A stretch of 64,000 nucleotides of DNA from Patescibacteria group bacterium (GCA_045541795.1 JAZQJV010000009.1:7460-71459), one strand, 5' to 3'; positions 29,447-39,875 are shown, counted from the stretch's first letter. The notes: generated by a model not told the origin, from the sequence alone. Program-made: numbers and translations.

Positions 29447-30649
29447 ATGAAAAAACGTGCCTGGATACTGATTTTTTCGCTCATCGTCATTTTCCAGGTG
29501 TTTAACCATTTTTGCTTTCGCACTAGTTTTTTTGGTCTGGCCGTAGAAATAGAAAAGTTAATAGTGCTGCTCGTCACCTTGGGATTTTGTCTGTACTACA
29601 TCCGACGTCAAGCAGAAAAAACGATGTATTCGTACAAAATTATGTCTAACTTGGGAATAATCATTTTTCTGACTTGTTGCTTTTTATTCCAGATGTATAG
29701 GCTTATTTTTAATTTCCATGCTTTTACGCTGGAGGAGGCATACATGACGGTGCTGGATTCATTTAGTCAGTGTATTATCGTCATGATGCCGTTGGCACTC
29801 TCTCTGGCGGTGATGCTGATCGCCAGTAATATTGCTTTGATCTGGCATGATGGTGTGCGTGTCGTCAACACTCTAGGCATAGTTTTGGGGGCGTTTTTGT
29901 TGGTGGGGACGCTTTTGGGGCCAAATTTGGATAAGTTATCCCGGAGACTTTTACCATCGGCCACACCTCAAGTGCGGGCGGCATTTTACTTTTCACAAGT
30001 GTTTTGGTGCTTGGTAGTGGCTTATTTTGAATGTATGATGTGGGCGGCCATTATTTGTACACTAATGGCAGAAAGACATTGGCCGAGTCGAGACCGGGAT
30101 TTTATGATTATTCTTGGCTGTCGGGTGGATAAAAACGGTCAGCCGATGCCAATTTTACAGGGTAGGCTTGAGCGAGCGCTAGAATTTGCCCAGGCGCAGC
30201 GTGAAAGCCAAGGCCGAGAAATTACGTACGTGCCCTCTGGAGGGCGCGGGAGTGACGAGGTAATTTCTGAGGCCGAGGCCATGAAACGGTATCTTGTAGC
30301 TAAAAAAGTCGCAAAAGAAGAAATTTTGCTGGAGGACCGCTCAAAAACGACTAAAGAAAACATGCAATTTAGTAAGCAAATCATTGATCGGAAGACGCCA
30401 GACGCCAAGGTGGTTTTTGCTACCACCGGGTATCACGTGTGGAGAAGCGGTGTGTTGGCGGAGTCCCAAGGTCTCAAAGCCGAAGGTATCGGGGCCCGCT
30501 CGCCGTGGTACTTTTACAATAATGCCCTGGTACGGGAATTTGTCGCTAATTTAGCTGTACAATGGCAGCAGCACTTGTTTAACCTGGGGATGATTTTACT
30601 CAACGTGATTTTTTTGATCGGCGTGGGGTATTACCTGGGGATATTATGA
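29447..30649 (+). CDS. YdcF/DUF218 (ElyC-like) membrane protein
   Basis: MIILGC, PSGGRGSDEVISEAEAM, EDRSKTTKENMQFS, TTGYHVWRS. Confidence 0.85.
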   Translation: MKKRAWILIFSLIVIFQVFNHFCFRTSFFGLAVEIEKLIVLLVTLGFCLYYIRRQAEKTMYSYKIMSNLGIIIFLTCCFLFQMYRLIFNFHAFTLEEAYMTVLDSFSQCIIVMMPLALSLAVMLIASNIALIWHDGVRVVNTLGIVLGAFLLVGTLLGPNLDKLSRRLLPSATPQVRAAFYFSQVFWCLVVAYFECMMWAAIICTLMAERHWPSRDRDFMIILGCRVDKNGQPMPILQGRLERALEFAQAQRESQGREITYVPSGGRGSDEVISEAEAMKRYLVAKKVAKEEILLEDRSKTTKENMQFSKQIIDRKTPDAKVVFATTGYHVWRSGVLAESQGLKAEGIGARSPWYFYNNALVREFVANLAVQWQQHLFNLGMILLNVIFLIGVGYYLGIL

Positions 30650-31666
30650 GTGGAAACGTGGCCACCAGGCGTCAAGAGAAGTCTGCCCCGTCAAGAACAT
30701 GGCCACTCGGTCTACACCCAAGCCGATCCCAGCATATTGATGACCACTCTCAGCCATAGCCTGGATGTCACTGATCATGTCTTCATCCAGAGGCTGCGGC
30801 GTGATCCCCTGAGTAATTCTAGTGTGCAATTCAGCGGAAAAAAGCTCCCGGATCCGGGCGGCGTCTAAGTGTTCACTGTTACCGTTGCCCAGCTCTACGC
30901 CGCTCACGTAGACCTCAAAACGTTCTGCCAGGTGTGGCTTGTCGGCACGAGGCCGGCAAAGCGGAGATAAAACAGCCGGAAAATCAATCAGGAAGAAAGG
31001 ATCTGTAGAGAATTTTGGCTCAATTTCGTTGAGCATGAGCTGATTGAAAAGCTGCTCCCAGGTAGCGCCCTCGGGATTACAGCCGTGAGCCACCGCTAAG
31101 CGAGAAAGCGATGAAATATCAAGTATTTCCTCGATACGTACCCCTAGGTAGTGCGCCCAGAGATCATCCAGGCTCACCACCGGCCAGCGGGAAAAATCAT
31201 AAGTGTGCCCGTCCCAGGTTACTTGAGTACTGCCCAGCATGTGCTGGGCGAGGAACTGGAGCAAGGCCGCCGTATCATCCATGATGGCGTGATAGTCTTG
31301 ATCCTGGCGGTACCACTCCAGCATGAGGAATTCGGGGTGGTGGGTGGGTCCCGCGCCTTCCAGATTACGGCAGCAATGGCCAATGGAATAGCACTGACCG
31401 AAGCCGCGCGCGAGGTAGTGTTTCATCGCGCGTTCTGGAGACAGTGGCAGGTAAAGCGGTAATGAGTTAATATTGTCATCAGTATACCTATCCCAGTGCG
31501 TGGTAAAGGGATAAATTGTCGGTTCTGCTGGGACAGATTGATGTAAAATTGGGCACAAAAGTTCCTGAAAACCGCGATTGTCCAAGAATTTGCGGATTAA
31601 TTTGATGACCGTCATCCTTTGGATGTGTGTATTATAATATACATTTTCTGCAGCGATTGTTGACAT
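30644..31666 (-). CDS. epmA: EF-P lysine aminoacylase EpmA/GenX-like (LysRS catalytic-domain paralog)
   Basis: YLPLSPERAMK, HHPEFLMLEWYR, AERFEVYVSGVELGNG, GIGLGVDR; no anticodon domain. Confidence 0.8.
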   Translation of the reverse strand: MSTIAAENVYYNTHIQRMTVIKLIRKFLDNRGFQELLCPILHQSVPAEPTIYPFTTHWDRYTDDNINSLPLYLPLSPERAMKHYLARGFGQCYSIGHCCRNLEGAGPTHHPEFLMLEWYRQDQDYHAIMDDTAALLQFLAQHMLGSTQVTWDGHTYDFSRWPVVSLDDLWAHYLGVRIEEILDISSLSRLAVAHGCNPEGATWEQLFNQLMLNEIEPKFSTDPFFLIDFPAVLSPLCRPRADKPHLAERFEVYVSGVELGNGNSEHLDAARIRELFSAELHTRITQGITPQPLDEDMISDIQAMAESGHQYAGIGLGVDRVAMFLTGQTSLDAWWPRFHS

Positions 31667-31748
31667 AATGTCTATAGTTAAAATTTATACAATATTAATA
31701 ATTATAATCTATACACCAGCATAAATTACCTAAAATTGGTAATGAGTG

Positions 31749-31766
31749 TGTCTACTATAATAGACA
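31749..31766. repeat. 18-bp palindrome TGTCTACTATAATAGACA
   Basis: Member of a family seen at 31626, 34047, 34088, 34128, 45467, 45535, 47923. Confidence 0.75.
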
Positions 31767-31768
31767 AT

Positions 31769-33604
31769 TTAACCGCTGTAATTAGCGCCCACATTGAGAT
31801 CACGTTTGCGCAGGCGCAAGGATTTGGGCGTGACTTCCATGAGTTCATCCTTGGCGATATAGGCGAGCGCCTGCTCGAGTGAAAATTCGCGCGGGGGTGA
31901 GAGACGGATCAAAATATCAGCATTGGAGCGGACATTGGTTAATTTTTTGCCCTTACACAAATTGATGACGATGTCTTCTTTCTTGCTGTTTTCACCCACG
32001 ATCATACCGGCATAAATAGGTGTGCCCGGCTTGACGAAAGCGACGCCCCGCTCTTCCAGACGTTTGAGATCATAGGAGAGTGCTTGACCGGCCTGGGCCG
32101 CGATGAGGACGCCATTACGGCTCCAGGTCATCTCTTCGCCCAAGGGGCGGTAGTCGAGGAAGACAGAGTTAACCACGGCCAGACCCGAGGTGGCAGACTG
32201 GAACTCAGAGCGGAATCCGATCAAATTTCTGGAGGAAATTTCGTATTCAAACCGGACGCCGAGCTTGAGGTTTTTCATGGTGCGAAAGATCGCTTTGCGA
32301 TCGCCCATAGCGGCAGTCACTGTACCCACGTGTTCTTCTGGGACTTCGATGGTAAGCAGTTCCCAAGGCTCGAGGGTGACGTCGCCACTTTTTTTGTAAA
32401 TCACTTCTGGACGGCCGACGCTAAATTCATAACCTTCCCGGCGCATGTTTTCGATGAGGATGGCCAGATGGAGCTCGCCGCGTCCAGAAACCAAGAAAGA
32501 CTCACTATTGGGGCCGGGCGCCATGCGGAGACCGACGTTACGCTCTAGTTCTCGCTCCAGGCGCGCCTTGAGCTGGCGAGAGGTGCTAAATTCGCCTTCT
32601 TGGCCGACAAAAGGGGAAGTGGAAACTAAAAATTGTACCTGGATCGTCGGCTCAGAGATATTGATGTGAGGCAACGGCTCGAGGTGCTCGGGGTCACAAA
32701 GGGTGTCAGAGATCTTGACATCACTAAAGCCGGTGATGGCGACAATGTCTCCTGTCTGCGCTTCCTCGATTTCTACCTTACCCAGGCCAAAAAACTCAAA
32801 CAGGAATTCGACTTTGGCCGTGGTGATTTTTTGGGCATCTTCGCCGCGGACAATAGTAAGTTGCTGACCTTTTTTGATGGTACCACGGTTGATTTTGCCG
32901 ATAACGATCTGACCTTTGTAATCATCAAAGTCAATATTGCTGACTTGGATACGGCTGGGTCCCTCGAGAACTTTGGGTGCGGGAATTTTGTCTACAATAC
33001 CCTGGAAAAGTGGCGTCAGATCAGTGCTATCTGTCACTTTCATCGAGCCGTCAGCTTGGGTCTGGACTTGGGTACCGGCGATACCTTCACGCCCGACAGC
33101 ATAGTAAATGGGGAAATCCAGCTGGCCTTCGTCCACCGCCAGATCAAGGAATAAATCACTAATTTCATTGATTACCTCACTGGCGCGTTGATCTTTGCGG
33201 TCGATTTTATTGATGACCACGATGGGCTTGAGGCCGAGTTTGAGGGCGAGCGACAGCACGAAGCGAGTCTGAGAAAGTACACCTTCGCTGGCATCTACCA
33301 GGAGGATACAGCCTTCGGCCATATTAAGCACCCGCTCAACTTCGCCAGAAAAGTCGGCATGGCCGGGCGTATCAATGATATTGATTTTGTAATCTTGCCA
33401 GTGGACAGCCGTATTTTTGGCCAAGATCGTCACGCCGCGCTCGCGCTCGATGGCATTATTATCCATGATGGTAGTTTGCTCGTTTTCTGCCTGGTGAGCA
33501 GCGAAAGTGTGGGCTTGCTTGAGCAAACCGTCCACCAAAGTAGTCTTGCCGTGATCTACATGAGCAATAATTGCGACGTTACGGATTTTTTCTGCCTGTA
33601 TCAT
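31769..33604 (-). CDS. typA: Translational GTPase TypA/BipA
   Basis: IAHVDHGKTTLVD, ERERGVTILAKNT, DTPGHADF, GRGELHL, EVTPKSLRLRK. Confidence 0.96.
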   Translation of the reverse strand: MIQAEKIRNVAIIAHVDHGKTTLVDGLLKQAHTFAAHQAENEQTTIMDNNAIERERGVTILAKNTAVHWQDYKINIIDTPGHADFSGEVERVLNMAEGCILLVDASEGVLSQTRFVLSLALKLGLKPIVVINKIDRKDQRASEVINEISDLFLDLAVDEGQLDFPIYYAVGREGIAGTQVQTQADGSMKVTDSTDLTPLFQGIVDKIPAPKVLEGPSRIQVSNIDFDDYKGQIVIGKINRGTIKKGQQLTIVRGEDAQKITTAKVEFLFEFFGLGKVEIEEAQTGDIVAITGFSDVKISDTLCDPEHLEPLPHINISEPTIQVQFLVSTSPFVGQEGEFSTSRQLKARLERELERNVGLRMAPGPNSESFLVSGRGELHLAILIENMRREGYEFSVGRPEVIYKKSGDVTLEPWELLTIEVPEEHVGTVTAAMGDRKAIFRTMKNLKLGVRFEYEISSRNLIGFRSEFQSATSGLAVVNSVFLDYRPLGEEMTWSRNGVLIAAQAGQALSYDLKRLEERGVAFVKPGTPIYAGMIVGENSKKEDIVINLCKGKKLTNVRSNADILIRLSPPREFSLEQALAYIAKDELMEVTPKSLRLRKRDLNVGANYSG

Positions 33605-33674
33605 AGTGACGATCTTTTTTACTTTTTCATTATAAAAAGCCGGCGCCCGATCACACGAACGCCGGCCGAATTCC

Positions 33675-33929
33675 TTAGGTTGAGCTTAATTTCTCGTGCA
33701 TGCGGGCAATGATTTCTGGCGAAATATTCTTCATCTTCTTGAGACCGCGCAGACGCCGGCGCAAGCGACGATTGTCATTATTGTTGTTTTTGCGGACTTG
33801 GGAGGGGCGTAGATGATACTGGCGATCCTTGACGATTGTCTGGATGTCCATAGCGACGCTGATTTTTTTGAAGCGCTTGACCATATCGCCGACTGATTCA
33901 TTACCGCGATTTTTGACCACTATTGTCAT
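33675..33929 (-). CDS. rpsU: 30S ribosomal protein bS21
   Basis: IVVKNRGNESVGDMVKRFKK..RQYHLRPS; basic; extended SD GGAGGTGAT. Confidence 0.78.
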   Translation of the reverse strand: MTIVVKNRGNESVGDMVKRFKKISVAMDIQTIVKDRQYHLRPSQVRKNNNNDNRRLRRRLRGLKKMKNISPEIIARMHEKLSST

Positions 33930-34046
33930 AAGTTATCACCTCCCTTCGCCAGAGTGTAATTTATATCAAGAGAGTGTATTATATCACAAAAATCGCTATT
34001 TTGGCGGGTAGTTTGAGGGGAAATCGAAGCAAAAAAGCAGCTGATT

Positions 34047-34145
34047 TGTGCATTATAGTATACAACAAGTGCCGAAAACAGGCAATTTGTCTACTATAGT
34101 AGACAAATTGGGCAAAAATGAGGTAACTGTCTACTATAGTAGACA
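34047..34145. repeat. Three tandem 18-bp palindromes at ~40-bp period
   Basis: 34047-34064, 34088-34105 (within a perfect 28-bp palindrome 34083-34110), 34128-34145. Confidence 0.85.
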
Positions 34146-34149
34146 AATC

Positions 34150-35190
34150 TTAGAATTCATCAATCGGTTCACGTGAGCGCAACCACTCTCGTCCGCCGGC
34201 ATACTCGAGCCATGCCCACCAGAGAGCAATCAAGGCGCACCAGATGGAAGCGGCAGCGAGTGCTGCCAGCGGCCAGGCGGAAAGATGGACGCCGAGTAAA
34301 TGAGCGCTGGCACTGGCAGAATGCGGGACTTGGGTGGCGGCGCCCAAAACTTGGGCTTTCCTGGCGGAGACATCGGCCGTACCCAGATATGGCAGATTAA
34401 AATTTAAGTCGTCCTTCCAGCGGGTATCAGGCTGTTTGTCTACCTCACGGATGACGACTATAGGACTAGGGCTGGGTGAGGAGTCAGCGGCCGCTTGAGA
34501 GCCGGAGCTGGTTTTGTTGTCTGGAGTAGACGTGGGGCTGGGTGAAGCCGCGGAAGACTGGCTGGTGGCGCTGGACGAGCCGGTATCTGGAGTGAGGCTG
34601 GCGGAAGTCACAGTTTGACCGGGCGATGTGACAGTGTCCGATAAATTGGTATGGGAATTGGTAGAAGAAGTAGTAGCAGAACCGGTGGCGCTCGGACTGT
34701 CTCCTGCGGTAGCCTGGTCTGAGTCACCAGAGACTGTATCTACCTGACTGGAGTCTGGATTATTGCTGCTGGCAGGCGTGGGCGTGGTTTTTTGCCAGGA
34801 GTCAGCACCATCAGGGATGCGAGCGTAACTCTGGGCGGCGGTGAGCTTGGGATAGGCGACGATGTCGGCCACACGACCTTGAGGATCGAGTAAATAAATG
34901 GTGTCGCCGGTATTGTTGAGAGTGAGTTTACTGGGGACGATCCGCAAAAAACCGTAGGCCGGGATGATAATGTCCTCACTTAAGCCCTCGGGATTGGCGA
35001 TCGTGTCCTTGGCTAGTTCGGCTATCTGGAAGCCGGCAAATGAAGCCGGGACAGCAGCATTGTTGTAAATTTCTACCCATTCAGCCTCACCTGTAGGCGG
35101 ACTGGCGTAAATTTCATTGAGCACGAGTGAAGCCTGAGCACGGCTAGCCGTCAACAGAGTGAGGAAAAAGATAAGCAAGATTTTTTTCAT
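34150..35190 (-). CDS. Secreted lamin-tail-domain protein with Ser/Thr linker and C-terminal TM
   Basis: LVLNEIYASP..EWVEIYN, LNNTGDTIYL, SYARIPDG..W..PTPASSN. Confidence 0.85.
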   Translation of the reverse strand: MKKILLIFFLTLLTASRAQASLVLNEIYASPPTGEAEWVEIYNNAAVPASFAGFQIAELAKDTIANPEGLSEDIIIPAYGFLRIVPSKLTLNNTGDTIYLLDPQGRVADIVAYPKLTAAQSYARIPDGADSWQKTTPTPASSNNPDSSQVDTVSGDSDQATAGDSPSATGSATTSSTNSHTNLSDTVTSPGQTVTSASLTPDTGSSSATSQSSAASPSPTSTPDNKTSSGSQAAADSSPSPSPIVVIREVDKQPDTRWKDDLNFNLPYLGTADVSARKAQVLGAATQVPHSASASAHLLGVHLSAWPLAALAAASIWCALIALWWAWLEYAGGREWLRSREPIDEF

Positions 35191-35204
35191 AATGGCATAT
35201 TATC

Positions 35205-35230
35205 CACACAATTCTTTCAAATTCTTTCAC
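35205..35230 (-). promoter_or_regulatory. TGAAAGAATT direct-repeat operator upstream of LTD gene
   Basis: tgaaagaatttgaaagaattgtgtg-GATAAT-atgccatt-ATG. Confidence 0.7.
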
Positions 35231-35402
35231 TTTTTTACCGCATAATTACCGCAGTAAGCGAAATTTTTCCTGTATACAGGGGAAATTTTTATTTTGTAAA
35301 TTGGTCAAAATTGCGCCAAAAATGACCGTTTTACCTTATAATTTAAATATGAAGTCACTATTTGGTCTTGCATTTTGACGCTAACTGTGATACAATATGT
35401 AG

Positions 35403-38400
35403 GTGAAAGATGAAATAGTAACGAGTCCTTCAGTAAGGTGGCGTAGATTTTGGCCTTATTTTGTCATCACTGCGGTATGGTTTCTGATCGTGATCACTAA
35501 TTATATGCCTGGTACCTGGTTGACGGGCTGGGATAATTTGCACCCAGAATGGGATCCCGGCTTTGATCTGTGGCGGAGCCTTAATGCTGTCTGGCAGGAA
35601 TATCAGGGCGTGGGGCTTTTGGGCGGCATGGCGCACGCCAGTGACTTGGTGCGGCAAGTGCTAGTGTGGCTGTTGACGGTAATTTTGCCGGAGTCACTGG
35701 TGCGTTACACGTTACTTTTTGGGCAACTTTTGCTGGGGAGCATCGGTGCTTTCCGGCTTTTTGAGGAACTTTTTTGCGACAAACGAGATACTCTAGCCTC
35801 AAAGCTGTCGAGCGTAGCAGCAGCACTGTTTTACCTGCTAAACCTAGGCACGGTACAAAACTTTTACGTCGCTTTTGAACCTTTTTACTGGTTTTATGGG
35901 ATGCTGCCGTGGCTGCTTTTTTACTTGCTGCGCGCCTGGCGAGGGACTAATCAGCGCGGGTGGTTGGCATTTACACTGGTGAGTTTTTTGGCGACGCCAC
36001 TTGCTTATATCCAGACAAATTTTGTAGTTTACGGTGTCCTTTTGGTGATTTTAGCGGTAGCTTATTTGGCGGGACGCCAGCCGGATTTGAGCTTGCCTAC
36101 CAAATTAAAACGTGTCTTCCTGGCGGCAGCGATCACTATCGGGACGAATTTGTTTTGGCTGGCGCCGATGGCGTATTTTGTGCTTTCGGGCGGGTCGGCC
36201 ACGACGATCAAGGCGCAGGTCAATCAGCTCTCGACCAGACAAGTGACGGTGCAAAATCAAGCTTATGAAAGTTTAGACAACATCTTGACTTTGCGCGGCT
36301 ATTGGTTTGCGTCGCAAGATTATGACACCACCGATGATGAAGCCGCGCCGATTGCTTTCATGCAGACATGGATGAGTGAGTCGGCGAGCGGAGCGCTGGC
36401 TTATCTTTTTGCGCTGCTGATGATACTGGGCGCAGGATATGTATTGGTGTACCGGCGAGATTATCGAGCTTGGGGCATAGTGATGGGGCTTTTAGGGATG
36501 ATCGGGCTTTTACTGATCAATCACTTAAATATTCCACTGGTCGCGCAAATTTTCCGTTCACCATTTACAAAAGTCATCGTGCCGCTGTCGCTGATGTACA
36601 GTTTGCTTTTGGGCGCGAGCTTTCTTTTTTGGGCGCGAGTGCTGCATGACAAATTTTTACTACTAACTTTTGGTTTTTTCTTGGTAACGCTAGGCATGTA
36701 TTCGGTGCCGAGTTTTGGCGGACACTTCATTTATCATAATTTGCGGCCGCACGTACCAGAAGATTACGCGGCGCTTTTTGCATTTATGCGGACACAACCA
36801 GCGGCGGCGCGCACGGCACTGCTGCCGGCGGAGACAGTATACGGCTGGCAACATATGACCTGGGGTTACCGAGGGATCGGGTTTTATTGGTTTGGTTTGC
36901 ACCAAAGTATTCTTGATCGGGCCTTTGACGTGTGGAGTTTTGACGACGAAGAGTTTTATCAGGAGCTGCATTATGCCCGGCTAGAATCTGATCCAGAACT
37001 TTTTTCTCAGGTGCTGGAAAAGTACGATGTGCGCTACTTAATTTATGATCAGTCTATACACCGGCGGGGGCGTGACAGCGAAGCATTCCGTAAGGAATGG
37101 TTGGCTTTGATCGCTGACAGTTGTCCGCAAATTTACAAAACGGGGCTGATCCAAGTATACGATTGCGGCGAGAGGAGTGATCATTATGTGGTCGCGCCAA
37201 AGCAGTATCATGAAAGCAGCACCAAACAGTTTCACCAGTTTTTTGACCCGTTGATTGGTGAAAGTCCGTATGTGAGCGGTAGTGCGGATAAAAGTGTTGA
37301 TGTTCCGTTTGCATTTTTACTTGAACGCGAACCTGACGCGGCGAAATTTAGTTACAGCCAAGAGCAACCCGATCTACATCGGATCCGGCTCGCGGCCGAT
37401 CTTCCTGGGGCTGATTACGCCCAGATGACAGTCCCCAGCCCTCTTGAGGCCAGCCGCTCTTCCTTCCTCGTGAGCGTGGATGTTTTTGACGAAGAAACTT
37501 ATGAGGTCAGCATAGAGCCGCTTTTGCGCTTATATGTCAACGGCGAACGGCAAGAAGTTTTCCCGGGTTTGCGTTTCCGGGCTCCGGCCATCACGGGAGC
37601 CGAAAATGTCTATTTTGATTTTGGCAGTGATTACGCGCTCGTTTCTCCAGGACAAGCGAGCAATAGTGCGGTGGTATCTTTGGGGAGTTTTGACCAGGAT
37701 CAAGTGTGGCGGTATTTTGCGGCCGGCCGGGCGCGAGCGCGAGGTCTGAATATCAATGTAAGTTTGCAAGATACTATTGAGCTGGAAGTACCGGCGGTTT
37801 TTTGGGAAAAGCTGCGAGACAGGCAGACAATAAAACTATCAGAGCCAGTGCGAAGTCTCGAGGCAGAAATTTACAGTCAGCCGATTTACCTGCGCAGTTA
37901 TGCTAGCGACGATGCCGTTAACTGCGATACGATCCGCCGAGGAGAAGTAGACCGTCAACCAGACGGTGAGCATGGCTATGCTTATCAGGTCTCAAATTAC
38001 GGTTCTTATTGTGATACCTTTTTTGACTCCAAACTCGATCAAGCCCGGCATAGCTTTTTGCTGCGGGTAGACAATCGTAATTTGACCGGCTTGCCGCCGA
38101 CTTATTACTTTTGGGACATCAATCATCAGGTACAAAGCTGGGAGACAATGCTGCCTTCAGGTACATCAAGCGTGACTTTTAGCTTCCCGCGAGTAAAAAC
38201 TGATGAAGAAACGGCTTTTTTTGACGTGCACACGGCCAATCGTTCGGTGGCCGGCGAGCCGGCGCACAATATTTTGGACCAGACGGTGGCCTATATTGTC
38301 CCGACCGAACAGCTGACGGCGATCCGTTTGCGTGGGGCGCACGCCGAGGAGTCAATAGACAATCCACTAGAGATTATCAGTGTGGCAAAGCGCGGGACAA

Positions 38401-38726
38401 GCGAGTATAAAGTGGAAGTAAAACTTCATGAAAGCACAAGCGAGGGCGTACTGGCGCTGACGCAAGGTTATCACGATGGTTGGCAGGCAAAAATTGACGA
38501 TAAGACGCTCACCCATGAGAAGTACCGTGACTGGGCAAACGCTTGGAGAGTGAGTAAAGATGAGTGTCCTGATAGCACTTGCAGCGTGAAAATTTCTTTC
38601 CGGCCACAGTGGCTTGAATGGTGGGGATTGGCAGTGAGCGGCGGGATCACTGGGAGCGCAGTGGTAGGTTGGCTGGTCATCATGTACAAGCGGTGGCGAG
38701 GGAAGATGAACGCAGAAAACAGCTAG
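35403..38726 (+). CDS. Large multi-TM GT-C-like membrane protein (YfhO/AftD-like)
   Basis: GWDNLHPE, WQEYQGVGLLGGMAHA, many TM helices, C-terminal LTQGYHDGWQA and WANAW. Confidence 0.72.
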   Translation: MKDEIVTSPSVRWRRFWPYFVITAVWFLIVITNYMPGTWLTGWDNLHPEWDPGFDLWRSLNAVWQEYQGVGLLGGMAHASDLVRQVLVWLLTVILPESLVRYTLLFGQLLLGSIGAFRLFEELFCDKRDTLASKLSSVAAALFYLLNLGTVQNFYVAFEPFYWFYGMLPWLLFYLLRAWRGTNQRGWLAFTLVSFLATPLAYIQTNFVVYGVLLVILAVAYLAGRQPDLSLPTKLKRVFLAAAITIGTNLFWLAPMAYFVLSGGSATTIKAQVNQLSTRQVTVQNQAYESLDNILTLRGYWFASQDYDTTDDEAAPIAFMQTWMSESASGALAYLFALLMILGAGYVLVYRRDYRAWGIVMGLLGMIGLLLINHLNIPLVAQIFRSPFTKVIVPLSLMYSLLLGASFLFWARVLHDKFLLLTFGFFLVTLGMYSVPSFGGHFIYHNLRPHVPEDYAALFAFMRTQPAAARTALLPAETVYGWQHMTWGYRGIGFYWFGLHQSILDRAFDVWSFDDEEFYQELHYARLESDPELFSQVLEKYDVRYLIYDQSIHRRGRDSEAFRKEWLALIADSCPQIYKTGLIQVYDCGERSDHYVVAPKQYHESSTKQFHQFFDPLIGESPYVSGSADKSVDVPFAFLLEREPDAAKFSYSQEQPDLHRIRLAADLPGADYAQMTVPSPLEASRSSFLVSVDVFDEETYEVSIEPLLRLYVNGERQEVFPGLRFRAPAITGAENVYFDFGSDYALVSPGQASNSAVVSLGSFDQDQVWRYFAAGRARARGLNINVSLQDTIELEVPAVFWEKLRDRQTIKLSEPVRSLEAEIYSQPIYLRSYASDDAVNCDTIRRGEVDRQPDGEHGYAYQVSNYGSYCDTFFDSKLDQARHSFLLRVDNRNLTGLPPTYYFWDINHQVQSWETMLPSGTSSVTFSFPRVKTDEETAFFDVHTANRSVAGEPAHNILDQTVAYIVPTEQLTAIRLRGAHAEESIDNPLEIISVAKRGTSEYKVEVKLHESTSEGVLALTQGYHDGWQAKIDDKTLTHEKYRDWANAWRVSKDECPDSTCSVKISFRPQWLEWWGLAVSGGITGSAVVGWLVIMYKRWRGKMNAENS

Positions 38727-38754
38727 ACATTTCCGGAATGTAATTCCGGATTTG
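38724..38754. repeat. 31-bp direct repeat left of ORF6N gene
   Basis: tagacatttccggaatgtaattccggatttg, identical at 39876-39906. Confidence 0.9.
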
Positions 38755-38858
38755 ACAGGATGTACACTTTTTCTCTATATAGGATAGAGATTAGATATTT
38801 TTTAAAACCTGTATTTATTTATATATAGTTCTTATCGATCATATTTTATGATAAAAGA

Positions 38859-38889
38859 TGAAAGAATTTGAAAGAATTGTGTGTATAAT
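38859..38889 (+). promoter_or_regulatory. TGAAAGAATT direct-repeat operator plus -10 upstream of ORF6N gene
   Basis: tgaaagaatttgaaagaattgtgtgTATAAT. Confidence 0.7.
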
Positions 38890-38898
38890 ACCAGCACA

Positions 38899-39855
38899 AT
38901 GACAAAACAAATTGAAAATGAAACAACGGCAATAATTACTGGAGACATGCTGGCTGGCAAAATCTACACTATACGCGGCCAAAAAGTGATGCTGGATCGA
39001 GATTTGGCACAGATTTATGGATATACGCTCAAGGCGTTTAATAAGCAGGTTAATAATAATATCCACAAATTTGATGCCGACTTTCGATTTCAACTGTCAT
39101 CTGATGAATATGATCATTTGCGGAGTAAAATTTACGCCGCAAATATTAGCAGTAAAAGCAGAGTAATACCTCATGTCTATACCGAACAAGGCATTTATAT
39201 GCTGATGACTGTACTAAGAGGTGAGTTAGCTACTAAACAAAGCATTGCTCTAATCAAGCTGTTTAAAAAGCTGAAGGACGAGCTAATTTCACAAAATTCT
39301 GCTCAGCTAATTATGCCTAATCAGTATATTGAATTGTCTACTAAAATTCATTATATTGAGGAAGATTTAAGGCAAACCGTCAAAAAATCCGAACTGCACG
39401 ATTTCATCGCTCATTTTACTGACCAAAATTTAGGCAAACAGTTGTTGGTTTTACAAGGACAAATAGTAGAAGCTTATAGTGCTTATCAGCAGATATTCGC
39501 CGCGGCAAGAGGTTCTATTGTTTTAATTGATAATTATCTAAGCATGAAGACGCTATTACTTTTTAAAAGCATTCCGGCAGAAATTAGTGTCACGATTTTT
39601 ACCGACAAAGATAATAATGGCTTGCATCAAAAGGAGCTGGAAGAATTCCGGCGAGAATATCCTAAGCGGAAAATAGTTTTCAAGAAAACTAAACTGAAAT
39701 TTCATGACCGGTTTATTATTATAGATTTCCAGCAGAAAACACAGGAAATATATTTGTGCGGCAGTTCACTGAAAGATTCTGGACGGCGAGTAACGACGAT
39801 TGTAAAACTGCAAGACGATGAAATATTTGGGGAGCTTTTCTCGAAATTAGAGTGA
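38899..39855 (+). CDS. ORF6N (KilA-N-like) DNA-binding protein with C-terminal PLD-like domain
   Basis: IYTIRGQKVMLDRDLAQIYG, FRFQL, YTEQGIYML, HDRFIIID, GSSLKDSG; AT-rich. Confidence 0.85.
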   Translation: MTKQIENETTAIITGDMLAGKIYTIRGQKVMLDRDLAQIYGYTLKAFNKQVNNNIHKFDADFRFQLSSDEYDHLRSKIYAANISSKSRVIPHVYTEQGIYMLMTVLRGELATKQSIALIKLFKKLKDELISQNSAQLIMPNQYIELSTKIHYIEEDLRQTVKKSELHDFIAHFTDQNLGKQLLVLQGQIVEAYSAYQQIFAAARGSIVLIDNYLSMKTLLLFKSIPAEISVTIFTDKDNNGLHQKELEEFRREYPKRKIVFKKTKLKFHDRFIIIDFQQKTQEIYLCGSSLKDSGRRVTTIVKLQDDEIFGELFSKLE

Positions 39856-39875
39856 CGTTTGGCGGGAACTCAACT

